Shown here piece by piece: positions 12,523-25,104 of a stretch of 64,000 nucleotides of DNA. The translations under genes and the position numbers were made by a program. Within the stretch, counting starts at the first letter, position 1. Every line of letters begins with the position of its first letter. The notes under the pieces were generated by a model that made no database searches, was not told the DNA's origin, and worked only from the letters and a program-made list of their open reading frames with translations. Location of the stretch: the NCBI GenBank assembly GCA_032718475.1, contig JAUCBJ010008549.1, positions 5,161 through 69,160 on the forward strand, given 5' to 3'. This DNA comes from Nemertoderma westbladi. Taxonomy: Eukaryota > Animalia > Xenacoelomorpha.

Positions 12523-15500
12523 CTGCTACCCGAGGGTAGGGGACGGGTGGTCGCTATTCCTATCTGCTAACCGAAGGTAGGGGTGCGTGCTACTCCTATC
12601 TGCTACCCGAAGGTAGGGATGGGCGCTACTCCTATCTGCTACCCGAAGGTAGGTGTGGGCGCTACTCATATCTGCTACCCGAAGGTAGGGGTGGCGGTAC
12701 TCCTATCTGCTACCCGAAGGTAGGGATGGGCGCTACTCCTATCTGCTACCCGAAGGTAGGGGTGGCGCTACTCTTATCTGCTACCCGAAGGTAGGGGTGG
12801 CGCTACTCCTATCTGCTACCCGAAGGTAGGGGTGGCGCTACTCCTATCTGCTACCCGAAGGTAGGGGTGGCGCTACTCCTATCTGCTAGCCGAAGGTAGG
12901 GGTGGGCGCTACTCCTATCTGCTACCCCAAGGTAGGGGTGGCGCTACTCCTATCTACTACCCGAAGGTAGGGGTGGACGCTACTCCTAATCTGCTACCCG
13001 AAGGTAAGGGTGGACGCTACTCCTATCTGCTACCCCAAGGTAGGGGTAGCGCTACTCCTGTCTGCTATCCGAAGGTAGGGATAGATGCTACTCCTATCTG
13101 CTACCCGAAGGTAAGGGTGGACGCTACTCCTATCTGCTACCCCAAGGTAGGGGTGGCGCTACTCCTATCTGCTACCCGAATGGTAGCGGTGGGGGCTACT
13201 CCTATCTGCAACCCGAGGGTAGGAGTGGGCGCTGCTCCTATCTGCTACCCCAAGGTAGGGGTGGCGCTACACCTATCTGCTACCCCAATGTAGGGGTGGG
13301 CGCTACTCCTATCTGCTACCCAAAGGTAGGGGTGGGCGCTACTCCTATCTGCTACCCGAAGGTAGGGGTGGGTGCTACTCCTATCTGCTACCCGAGGGTA
13401 GGGGTGGGTGCTACTCCTATCTGCTACCCGAAGGTAGGAGTGGGCGCTACTCCTATCTGCTACCCGAGGGTAGGGGTGGGTGCTACTCCTATCTGCTACC
13501 CGAAGGTAGGAGTGGGCGCTACTCCTATCTGCTAACCGAGGGTAGGAGTGGGCGCTGCTCCTATCTGCTACCCCAAGGTACTACTACTACTAGGATCGGC
13601 ATGCTGCATTGCAGCTGCATTTTTAAAAATGCTGTGCCGGCTTATCGACAAAATTGCACCGCCACAACACCGTATCACCCATGACATTTGCTAGATCATC
13701 CGCATCTTCAAGGCCAGTGTCCTTTAAGATGAGTCTCAAGAAAGTCATGGGCTGTCCACCATGCTTATTCACTCCATGAGGCTGCCAAAGTACAAGACAA
13801 TGCACTGGCTGATCCTCACGGCGAAAGCCATGTCCTGCAAAGCGGAGGCGATTTTGTTCTAGTGTCAAGCTTGGGGGAACCAATGAGACACCTCCAATGT
13901 TATATAGTGTCTGGTTGGAGATGTGTGCATTGTACTTGACACAATGAACCCGGCGTAGCATTCTTGTGAATTGGCCATCCAGAGATTTGGTGTCCTCAGC
14001 AGTTAGAGACCAGCATGGACTCCCATAGAGGAGTACTGGAACTACTGCTGCTCTAAATAATCGGGCCTTAAGTTTCAGATTAATTCTCGGTGAATTCCAA
14101 ATCCTGGAAAGCCTATTCAAGGCTGCCCATGCCTTTCCCTTACGTATTCGAAGGTCCTCACCTGACTTCCGGATCCATGATCCCAGGTAACAGAAGTCGT
14201 CCACATGCTCAAGCATACCATCTTTTGAGCTTATGCTCATCCGATCAGAGACTTGCTGAGGACTTTCAAAGTTAACTGTCAAAATTTTGGTCTTTCTGGA
14301 GTTAATAAAAAGCAGCATGTTCTAATGAGCTGAGGAGCTGTTGGGCTCCCTCTATATAGTGATTCTGAAAGTACTCCTAAGTCATCAGCAAAGTCTAGAT
14401 CAGTTAGGTACTTGGCAGGATTTCCTCGACTTCTGGAGCCAGTAGGTGGAGTTATCATCACCCCATCATCATTATGATGATCTAAGGACATGCGTAGAAC
14501 ATAGTCAACCACAATAATGAACAAGAATGGTGCAAGTGTGTCTCCATGGAGGACGCCCCATAACACTTCAAATGGTTCTGTGTCACCGTCAACAGTAGAC
14601 ACAAATGTTGTCGAACCATCGTATACTGATCTGATTGCTGCAAGTTGATTGATGAAAGTATGCTGAACATACGTGAGCGAGAGACTGAATCAAAGGCCTT
14701 GAAGAAGTCAACAAAGATAACAGCCAGATGCCCGTCTTTCTTTTTTGATAACTCTTCAATTATCCTTCTAAGTGCCAAAATGGGCTCCATGGTCCGGTCC
14801 CACGACCTTTACGGAACCCATTCTGATTTCCACGGAGCAGTCTCTCAATGGGATCCCTGATGCGATTTAATTGAATTCTATTGTATAGCTTTGCAGCAAT
14901 CGAGATCAATGAGATTCCCCGAAAAGAACCATAGAGTGTTAGGTTGCCCTTCTTGGGAACAGGCGCCAACTTATTTGTTTTCAATTCTTGTGGGACTCTT
15001 GTTGTACGGTACATGTCTACTATGATGGGATAGAAGAGCTTTAAACACTCAGGTATTTTAAATACCTCAGGGGGAACACCATCTACTCCACTGGCACGAT
15101 TGGTCTTAATGCTCTTTGCAGCAGCCTTCACTTCTGCAAAGGAGATATCGCCAATGGGAATATCTGGGAGTAAATACTCAGACACTTTTACTTCTATAAA
15201 GTTATCAGGCAATACCCTGTCATTATGGGCGATCATTATTACCCGAAGGTAAGGGTGGACGCTACTCCTATCGGCTACCCCAATGTAGAGGTGGGCGCTA
15301 CTCATATCTGCTACCCGAAGGTAGGGGTGGACGCTACTCCTATCTGCTACCCGAAGGTGGGGGTGGGCGCTACTCCTATCTGCTACCCGAAGGTGAAGGT
15401 CGGGGTGGGCGCTACTCCTTTCTGCTACCCGAAGTTAGGGGTTGGCGCTACTCCTCTGCTACCCGAGGGTAGGGATGGACGCTACTCCTATCTGCTACCC

Positions 15501-16425
15501 AAAGGTAGGGGTGGGCGCTACTCCTATCTGCTACCCGAAGGTGAAGGTCGGGGTGGGCGCTACTCCTTTCTGCTACCCGAAGTTAAGGGTGGGCGCTACT
15601 CCTTTCTGCTACCCGAAGGTAGGGGTTGGCGCTACTCCTATCTGCTACCCAAAGGTAGGGGTGGGTGCTACTCCTATCTGCTACCCAAAGGTAGGGGTGG
15701 GTGCTACTTCTATCTGCTACCCGAGGGTAAAGGTGGGCGCTACTCCTATCTGCTACCCAAAGGTAGGGGTGGGCGCTACTCCTATCTGCTACCCAAAGGT
15801 AGGGGTGGGTGCTACTTCTATCTGCTACCCGAGGGTAAAGGTGGGCGCTACTCCTATCTGCTACCCGAGGGTAAAGGTGGGCGCTACTCCTATCTGTTAC
15901 CCGAAGGTAGGGGTGGGCGCTACTCCTATCTGCTACCCGAAGGTAGGGGTGAGCGCTACTCCTATCTGCTACCCACCGAAGGTAGGGGTGGGTGCTACTC
16001 CTTTCTGCTACCCGAAGTTAAGGGTGGGCACTACTCCTATCTGCTACCCGAGGGTAGGGGTGGGTGCTACTCCTTATTTGCTACCCAAAGGTGAAGGTAG
16101 GGGTGGGCGCTACTCCTTTCTGCTACCCGAAGTTAAGGGTGGGCGCTACTCCTATCTGCTAAACGAGGGTAAAGGTGGGCGCTACTCCTATCTGCTACCC
16201 AAAGGTGAAGGTAGGGGTGGGCGCTACTCCTTTCTGCTACCCGAAGTTAAGGGTGGGCGCTACTCCTATCTGCTAAACGAGGGTAAAGGTGGGCGCTACT
16301 CCTATCTGTTACCCGAAGGTAGGGGTGGGCGCTACTCCTATCTGCTACCCCAAGGTAGGGGTGGGCGCTACTCCTATCTGCTACCCGAAGGTAGGGGTGG
16401 GCGCTACTCCTATATGCGGGCTACT
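12523..16425. repeat. 36-bp minisatellite (gctactcctatctgctacccgaaggtaggggtgggc), split by a LINE
   Basis: Tandem units at 12523-13580 and ~15225-16425. Confidence 0.95.
13580..15225 (-). mobile_element. RTE-clade LINE family A, longest copy, frameshifted RT
   Basis: Overlapping ORFs with QNGFRKGR, FVDFFKAFDS, GDTLAPFLF, LDFADD, YLGS; (tag)n tail; inserted in the 36-bp array. Confidence 0.93.
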
Positions 16426-16534
16426 CCAATCCCTTGTTTTGTTTAACTGGTACTCATTTTATCGACCCCAGTGGTGGATGAAAGGCTAAGTGGATCTGTC
16501 GGTTCCAACTGCACTCCCCAATACATTTACTAAC

Positions 16535-16684
16535 TCTGTCGTTTTCGGCCGCATTCCCCAATGCATTCTCAGTCCTCGCTAGCTGACTGCTGACCGATAG
16601 AACCAACTTCATTATCGTATCCAATTCGTTGATATAGTTGGTGTAACGAATGACGTCAGATGAAGGGCACAATTGCTTGACGAC
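16535..16684 (-). CDS. Shroom: Shroom-family exon 8 (ASD2 core)
   Basis: 150 bp, phase 0/0; VVKQLCPSSDVIRYTNYINELDTIMKLVLSVSSQLARTENAL resembles [42 protein letters not shown]. Confidence 0.88.
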
Positions 16685-16844
16685 CTGGAATATAGAATGT
16701 CCAGATTAATTGGTTTAAATATATAAGTTAATCACCAGAAGTAGAAAATGTTGTCAGTAGATATTCACAAAAGCACCACAAACTATAGAGCAAAATCAAT
16801 AGAGACAAATATGTTTCGCATACTCAATCTCCATCCATCGCAAA

Positions 16845-17240
16845 CACCTAAACTCTGGATGGCACTTACAAAATAATGCTACGCCGGGTTCATTGTGTCA
16901 AGTACAATGCACACATCTTCAACCAGACAATATACAACATTGGAGGTGTTCCATTAGTCTCCCCTAGCTTTACACTTGTGAATGGAACCGCCTCCGCTTT
17001 GCAGGACATTGCTTTCGTCGTGAGGACCAGCCAGTGCATAATCTTGTACTTTGGCAGCCTCATGGAGTGAATAAGCATGGTGGACAGCCCATGACTTTCT
17101 TGAGACGCATCTTAAAGGACACTGGCCTAGAAGATGCGGATAATCTCGCGAAAGTCATGGGGATAGTTGTTGTGGCGGCGCAATTTGTCAACAAGCCGGC
17201 ACAGCATTCTTATTGCAGCTGCAGTGCCGCATACTGATTA
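16845..17240 (+). mobile_element. RTE-clade LINE family A, 3' fragment
   Basis: ORFs 16876..17070 and 17034..17237 match family A. Confidence 0.88.
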
Positions 17241-17272
17241 TAGGTAGCATACATGTCCCTACATGTAAATTA

Positions 17273-17432
17273 GTTACCTTAGTAACACTCGCACCCAGCT
17301 GCTCGTTACCTTAGTAACACTCGCACCCAGCTGTTCGTTACCTTAGTAACACTCGCACCCAGCTGTTCGTTACCATAGTAACACTCGCACACAGCTGTTC
17401 GTTACCTTAGTAACACTCGCACCCAGCTGTTC
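17273..17432 (-). repeat. 5 x 32-bp tandem copy of the exon 7 end plus splice donor
   Basis: Unit gttaccttagtaacactcgcacccagctgttc at 17273, 17305, 17337, 17369 and 17401; the last copy overlaps the exon. Confidence 0.92.
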
Positions 17433-17589
17433 GTTTTCTTCAACTTCATCATCAATGTTTATCCTTTCCATCTCCAAACTCTTCAACCTCCCTTTCAATC
17501 TCTTCACAAGCTCCAGTTGTTTGCGCCGCAACGTTGCCTTACTAATTGCTGATTGGCTGGACTCCAATAAGACGGTTTCTATCGATATT
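17406..17589 (-). CDS. Shroom: Shroom-family exon 7 (start of ASD2)
   Basis: catacag acceptor, AAG|gtaacg donor, phase 2/0; KQLELVKRLKGRLKSLEMERINIDDEVEENEQLG resembles the first ASD2 helix. Confidence 0.85.
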
Positions 17590-17913
17590 CTGTATGGAGA
17601 CGATAAAAAAAATAATTTCAATATTTTTGAAACATAAAAAAACTTTATTTATTAATTCGATACATACAATAAGAGATCAGTTTGGGAATAATAGTAAAAT
17701 AGATTCAAGGTTAGTTTCAAGGTCAATCTCAAGATTTTTTGAGTTACTCGGCCAAAGTGAGTGCTACACAAAACCCGCCACAATTACTATTAACTTTAAG
17801 GAATTTGATCCAAATTTGCAATCCCGAAAAACGGGATCCCGAGAGTTGTAATCCCGGTCCCGATCCCGATCCCGGAGATCCCGAAAAGTCTGATCCCGTT
17901 TCAACAATATAGG

Positions 17914-20900
17914 TAGTACCAACCTTGGGGTATAGATCAGTGTGGGAGAACAAACCTTGGGATAGAGATCAGTGTGGGAGAACCAACCTTGGGAAAGAGA
18001 TCAGTTTGGGAGAACCAACCTTGGGATAGAGATACGTGTGGGAGAACCAACTTTGGGATATAGATCAGTGTGGGAGTACCAACCTTGGGATATAGATCAG
18101 TGAGGGAGAACCAACCTTGGGATATAGATCAGTTTGGGAGAACCACCCTTGGGATATAGATCAGTGTGGGAGAACCAACCTTGGAATAGAGATACGTGTG
18201 GGAGAACCAACTTTGGGATATAGATCAGTGTGGGAGTACCAACCTTGGGATAGAGATACGTGTGGGAGAACCAACTTTGGGATATAGATCAGTGTGGGAG
18301 TACCAACCTTGGGATATAGATCAGTGAGGGAGAACCAACCTTGGGATATAGATCAGTTTGGGAGAACCACCCTTGGGATATAGATCAGTGTGGGAGAACC
18401 AACCTTGGGATAGAGATCAGTGTGGGAGTACCAATCTTGGGATATAGATCAGTGTGGGAGAACCAACCTTGGGATAGAGATCAGTTTGGGAGTACCAACC
18501 TTGGGATAGAGATACGTGTGGGAGAACCAACCTTGGGATAGAGATCAGTGTGGGAGTACCAACATTGGGATATAGATCAGTGTGGGAGAACCAACCTTGG
18601 GATATAGATCAGTCTGGGAGAACCAACCTTGGGATATAGATCAGTGTGGGAGTACCAACCTTGGGATATAGATCAGTGTGGGAGAACCAACCTTGGGATA
18701 GAGATCAGTGTGGGAGTACCAACCTTGGGATAGAGATCAGTGTGGGAGAACCAACATTAGGATAGAGATACGTGTGGGAGAACCAACCTTGGGATAGAGA
18801 TCAGTGTGGGAGTACCAACCTTCGGATATAGATCAGTGTGGGAGAACCAACCTTGGGATAGAGATCAGTGTGGGAGTACTAACCTTGGGATAGAGATCAG
18901 TGTGGGAGAACCAACATTAGGATAGAGATACGTGTGGGAGAAACAACCTTGAGATATAGCTCAGTGAGGGAGAACCAACCTTGGGATAGAGATCAGTTTG
19001 GGAGTACCAACCTTGGGATAGAGATACGTGTGGGAGAACCAACCTTGGGATAGAGATCAGTGTGGGAGTACCAACCTTGGGATATAGATCAGTGTGGGAG
19101 AACCAACCTTGGGATATAGATCAGTGTGGGAGAACCAACCGTGGGATATAGATCAGTGTGGGAGTACCAACCTTGGGATATAGATCAGTGTGGGAGAACT
19201 AACCTTGGGATAGAGATCAGTGTGGGAGTACCAACCTTGGGATGGAGATCAGTGTGGGAGAACCAACATTAGGATAGAGATACGTGTGGGAGAACCAACC
19301 TTGGGATAGAGATCAGTGTGGGAGTACCAACCTTGGGATATAGATCAGTGTGGGAGAACCAACCTTGGGATAGAGATCAGTGTGGGAGTACCAACCTTGG
19401 GATAGAGATCAGTGTGGGAGAACCAACATTAGGATAGAGATACGTGTGGGAGAACCAACCTTGGGATAGAGATCAGTGTGGGAGTACCAACCTTGGGATA
19501 TAGATCAGTGTGGGAGTACCAACCTTGGGATATAGATCATTATGGGAGTACCAACCTTGGGATATAGATCAGTGTGGGAGTGCCAACCTTGGGATATAGA
19601 TTAGTGTGGGAGTACCAACCTTGGGATAGAGATCAGTGTGGGAGAACCAACCTTGGGATATAGATCAGTGTGGGAGTACCAACCTTGGGATATAGATCAG
19701 TGTGGGAGTATCAACCTTGGGATATAGATCAGTGTGGGAGAATCACCCTAGGGATAGAGATCAGTGTGGGAGTACCAACCTTGGGATAGAGATCAGTGTG
19801 GGAGAACCAACATTAGGATATAGATCAGTTTGGGAGTACCAACCAACCTTGGAATAGAGATACGTGTGGGAGAACCAACCTTGGGGTAGAGATCAGTGTG
19901 GGAGTACCAACGTTGGGATAGAGATACGTGTGGGAGAACCAACCTTGGGATAGAGATCAGTGTGGGAGTACCAACCTTGGGATAGAGATACGTGTGGGAG
20001 AACCAACTTTGGGATAGAGATACGTGTGGGAAAACCAACCTTGGGATAGAGATACGTGTGGGAGAACCAACTTTGGGAAATAGATCATTGTGGGAGTACC
20101 AACCTTGGGATATAGATCAGTGTGGGAGTACCAACCTTGGGATATAGATCAGTGTGGGAGTACCAACCTTGGGATATAGATTAGTGTGGGAGAACCAACA
20201 TTAGGATGGAGATCAGTTTGGGAGTACCAACCTTGGGATAGAGATACGTGTGGGAGTACCAACCTTGGGATATAGATCAGTGTGGGAGAACCAACTTTGG
20301 GATATAGATCATTGTGGGAGTACCAACCTTGGGATATAGATCATTGTGGGAGTACCAACCTTGGGATATAGATCAGTGTGGAGGAACCAACCTTGGGATA
20401 TAGATCAGTGAGGGAGAACTAACCTTGGGATAGAGATCAGTTTGGGAGAACCAACCTTGGGATAGAGATCAGTTTGGGAGAACCAACCTTGGGATAGAGA
20501 TCAGTGTGGGAGTACAAACCTTGGGATAGAGAACTGTTTGGGAGAACCAACCTTGGGATAGAGATCAGTTTGGGAGTACCAACCTTGGGATAGAGATACG
20601 TGTGGGAGAACCAACCTTGGGATAGAGATCAGTTTGGGAGAACCAACCTTGGGATCAAGATCAGTGTAGGAGAACCAATCTTGGGATATAGAACAGTGTG
20701 GGAGAACCAACCTTGGGATAGCGATCAGTGTGGGAGTACCAACCTTGGGATAGAGATCAGTGTGGGAGAACCAACATTAGGATAGAGATACGTGTGGGAG
20801 AACCAACCTTGGGATAGAGATCAGTGTGGGAGTACCAACCTTGGGATATAGATCAGTGTGGGAGAACCAACCTTGGGATAGAGAACTGTTTGGGAGAACC

Positions 20901-22647
20901 AACCTTGGGATAGAGATCAGTTTGGGAGTACCAACCTTGGGATAGAGATACGTGTGGGAGAACCAACCTTGGGATAGAGATCAGTTTGGGAGAACCAACC
21001 TTGGGATATAGATCAGTTTGGGAGAACCAACCTTGGGATAGAGATCAGTTTGTGAGAACCAACCTTGGGATAGAGATCAGTTTGGGAGAACCAACCTTGG
21101 GATATAGATCTGTGTAGGAGAACCAATCTTGGGATAGAGATCAGTTTGGGAGAACCAACTTGGGATATAGATCAGTGTAGGAGAACCAATCTTGGGATAG
21201 AGATCAGTTTGTGAGAACCAACCTTAGGATAGAGATCAGTTTGGGAGAACCAACCTTGGGATATAGATCAGTTTGTGAGAACCAACCTTGGGATAGAGAT
21301 CAGTGTGGGAGAACCAACATTAGGATAGAGATCAGTTTGGGAGTACCAACCTTGGGATAGAGATACGTGTGGGAGAACCAACCTTGGGATAGCGATACGT
21401 GTGGGAGAACCAACCTTGGGATAGAGATCAGTTTGGGAGAACCAACCTTGGGATATAGATCGGTTTGGGAGAACCAACCTTGGGATAGAGATCAGTTTGT
21501 GAGAACCAACCTTGGGATAGAGATCAGTTTGGGAGAACCAACCTTGGGATATAGATCAGTGTAGGAGAACCAATCTTGGGATAGAGATCAGTTTGGGAGA
21601 ACCAACTTGGGATATAGATCAGTGTAGGAGAACCAATCTTGGGATAGAGATCAGTTTGTGAGAACCAACCTTGGGATAGAGATCAGTTTGGGAGAACCAA
21701 CCTTGGGATATAGATCAGTTTGTGAGAACCAACCTTGGGATAGAGATCAGTTTGGGAGAACCAACCTTGGGATATAGATCAGTTTGTGAGAACCAACCTT
21801 GGGATAGAGATCAGTGTGGGAGAACCAACATTAGGATAGAGATCAGTTTGGGAGTACCAACCTTGGGATAGAGATACGTGTGGGAGAACCAACCTTGAGA
21901 TAGAGATCAGTTTGGGAGAACCAACTTGGGATAGAGATCAATTTGGGAGTACCAACATTAGGATAGAGATCAGTTTGGGAGTACCAACCTTGGGATAGAG
22001 ATACGTGTGGGAGAACCAACCTTGGGATAGAGATCAGTTTGTGAGAACCAACCTTGGGATAGAGATCAGTGTGGGAGAACCAACATTAGGATAGAGATCA
22101 GTTTGGGAGTACCAACCTTGGGATAGAGATACGTGTGGGAGAACCAACCTTGGGATAGAGATCAGTTTGGGAGAACCAATCTTGGGATAGAGATCAGTTT
22201 GTGAGAACCAACCTTGGGATAGAGATCAGTTTGGGAGAACCAACCTTGGGATATAGATCAGTTTGTGAGAACCAACCTTGGGATAGAGATCAGTGTGGGA
22301 GAACCAACATTAGGATAGAGATCAGTTTGGGAGTACCAACCTTGGGATAGAGATACGTGTGGGAGAACCAACCTTGGGATAAAGATCAGTGTGGGAGTAC
22401 CCACCTTGGGATATAGATCAGTGTGGGAGAACCAACCTTGGGATAGAGATCAGTGGGGGAGTACCAACCTTGGGATATAGATCAGTGTGGGAGAACCAAC
22501 ATTAGGATAGAGATCAGTTTGGGAGTACCAACCTTGGGATAGCGATACGTGTGGGAGAACCAACCGTGGGAAAGAGATCAGTTTGGGAGAACCAACCTTG
22601 GGATAGAGATCAGTTTGGGAGAACTAACCTTGGGATAGAGATCAGTT
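17914..22647. repeat. 32-bp minisatellite (gggagaaccaaccttgggatagagatcagtgt), ~148 copies
   Basis: Direct periodicity; the terminal unit overlaps the end and donor of exon 6. Confidence 0.97.
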
Positions 22648-22762
22648 TTGGATTCGGTTTATTTAAACTCCGTCTGGAACTTTTACGTCGCAGCAACGAT
22701 TTATCACTAATATCGGCGAAACCTTCGGTAAGAGATTCGGTTGTCTTTACTGGAAGTAGAAC
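22629..22762 (-). CDS. Shroom: Shroom-family exon 6
   Basis: ttttttaag acceptor, CCAAG|gttagt donor; 134 bp, phase 0/2, exactly bridging exons 5 and 7 (VLLPVKTTES...PNPKLISIP). Confidence 0.78.
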
Positions 22763-22871
22763 CTTAAAAAAAACAAATCGGGGAACTAAAATATGTAGGA
22801 AAACAAGAAGAACATTGAGTAGAGCTTTAATAAGAGGAAACAATACCTTGGTAGAAGCAGTGGGAAACATA

Positions 22872-24550
22872 TAATGTTACGTTATAACCAAAGTAAGGGT
22901 ACGTTTGGTTCTATGTAATGGTACGTTTGGAGCAATGTAAGGGTTCGTTTGGGTCTATGTAATGTTGCGTTTGGACCAAAGTAAGGGTTCGTTTGGGTCT
23001 ATGTAATGTTACGTTTGGACCAATGTAATGGTACGTCTCGGTCTTTGTAATGTTACGTTTGGAGCAATGTAAGGGTACGTTTGGGTCTATGAAATGTTAC
23101 GTTTGGAGCAATGTAAGGGTACGTTTCGGTCTATGTAATGTTGCGTTTGGACCAATGTAAGGGTACGTTTCGGTCTATGTAATGTTACGTTTGGACCAAT
23201 GTAATGGTACGTTTTGGTCTATGAAATGTTACGTTTGGACCAATGTAATGGTACGTCTCGGTCTTTGTAATGTTACGTTTGGAGCAATGTAAGGGTACGT
23301 TTGGGTCTATGTAATGATGCGTTGGGACCAATGTAAGGGTACGTTTGGGTCTATGTAATGTTGCGTTTGGACCAATGTAAGGGTACGTTTCGGTCTATGT
23401 AATGTTACGTTTGGACCAATGTAATGGTACGTTTTGGTCTATGTAATGTTGCGTTTGGACCAATGTAATGGTACGTCTCGGTCTATGTAATGTTGCGTTT
23501 GGACCAATGTAATGGTACGTTTCGGTCTATGTAATGTTGCGTTTGGACCAATGTAATGTTACGTTTGGACCAATGTAAGGTTACGTTTGGGTCTATTTCA
23601 TGTTGCGTTTGGACCGTAAGGGTACGTTTGGGTCTATATATGTAATGTTGCGTTTGGACCAAAGTAAGGGAACGTTTGGGTCTATGTAATGTTGCGTTTG
23701 GACCAATGTAATGGTGCGTTTCGGTCTATGTAATTTTGCGTTTGGACCAATGTAATGTTACGTTTGGACTAATGTAAGGTTACGTTTTGGTCTATTTCAT
23801 GTTGCGTTTGGACCGTAAGGGTACGTTTGGGTCTATGTATGTAATGTTGCGTTTGGACCAAAGTAAGGGAACGTTTGGGTCTATGTAATGTTGCGTTTGG
23901 ACCAATGTAATGGTGCGTTTCGGTCTATGTAATTTTGCGTTTGGACCAATGTAATGTTACGTTTGGACTAATGTAAGGTTACGTTTTGGTCTATTTCATG
24001 TTGCGTTTGGACCGTAAGGGTACGTTTGGGTCTATGTATGTAATGTTGCGTTTAGACCAAAGTAAGGGAACGTTTGGGTCTATGTAATGTTGCGTTTGGA
24101 CCAATGTAATGGTGCGTTTCGGTCTATGTAATTTTGCGTTTGGACCAATGTAATGTTACGTTTGGACTAATGTAAGGTTACGTTTTGGTCTATTTCATGT
24201 TGCGTTTGGACCGTAAGTGTACGTTTGGGTCTATATATATAATGTTACGTTTGTACCAAAGTAAGGGAACGTTTGGGTCTATGTAATGTTGCGTTTGGAC
24301 CAATGTAATGGTGCGTTTCGGTCTATGTAATTTTGCGTTTAGACCAATGTAATGTTACGTTTGGACTAATGTAAGGTTACGTTTTGGTCTATTTCATGTT
24401 GCGTTTGGACCGTAAGTGTACGTTTGGGTCTATATATGTAATGTTGCGTTTGGACCAATGTAAGGGTACGTTTGGGTCTATGTAATGATGCGTTTGGACC
24501 AATGTAATGGTACGTTTGGGTCTATGTAATGTTGCGTTACGTTATGTAAG
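22872..24550. repeat. 22-bp minisatellite with 44-bp dimer and 199-bp higher-order repeat
   Basis: gtaatgttgcgtttggaccaat alternates with gtaagggtacgtttgggtctat; marker ggaccgtaag at 23611, 23810, 24009, 24208 and 24407. Confidence 0.95.
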
Positions 24551-24621
24551 GGCACGAATGAGCGAAAGATGCGAGAGTAGGAATATTCAACTTCCATAAT
24601 ATATATAGTGACGTCACCAAC

Positions 24622-24894
24622 CTGGGACAAGGTGTTCGAAGCACAATTAGAAGCCACCAAGCGGCAGAGTTCATCCACGCGTCTATCCTCTTTGGTCTGC
24701 GACTTCTGCCTAATTATAACTTTCGGAGGAACAGCGCTTTCTGATTGGCTGTCCCAGTAGTTGTTGACACGATGTTGCGATTGGTTGGCTGTATCTGTAG
24801 TGTGTGTAGCAGTAGTATCAACTCTGTCTACCTGGGAACTATCGCTGCTACGATTGTGTGACGTCATACTAATGTTGTTACTAGCAACGGGTTT
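24622..24894 (-). CDS. Shroom: Shroom-family exon 5
   Basis: aatatag acceptor, CAG|gttggt donor; 273 bp, phase 0/0; open frame KPVASNNISMTSHN...SNTLSQ. Confidence 0.72.
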
Positions 24895-25104
24895 CTATAT
24901 TCAGGAAATAGTGATACATTAACAATTTAAACGTTATGTTATATATACAGCAAGTGGTTTTATATTTCATTGAAGATAAATATCGTTATGTACGATTACA
25001 GCTGATACATTCAATAGCGAAGTAAACTTTACTTTACTTTACAGCTTTGGAGGCGCAACTTTACAATGAAACAATTAATTTTAAACTTTACATTTCCTAT
25101 ACCG

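Noticed and set aside
15225-16446. Repetitive ORFs (GATPICYPKVGV)n and similar ones at 25638-27556, 30254-30721 and 51684-52550
   Set aside because: Translations of minisatellites with frequent frame-breaking indels.
16445-16500. ggtactcattttatcgacccc...ggatgaaaggc, resembling a conserved SINE core
   Set aside because: Short, recalled from memory only; family cannot be named without a search.
17914-22647. CRISPR-like 32-bp periodicity (also the 36-bp and 29-bp arrays)
   Set aside because: Head-to-tail repeats with no unique spacers, no cas genes, eukaryotic context.
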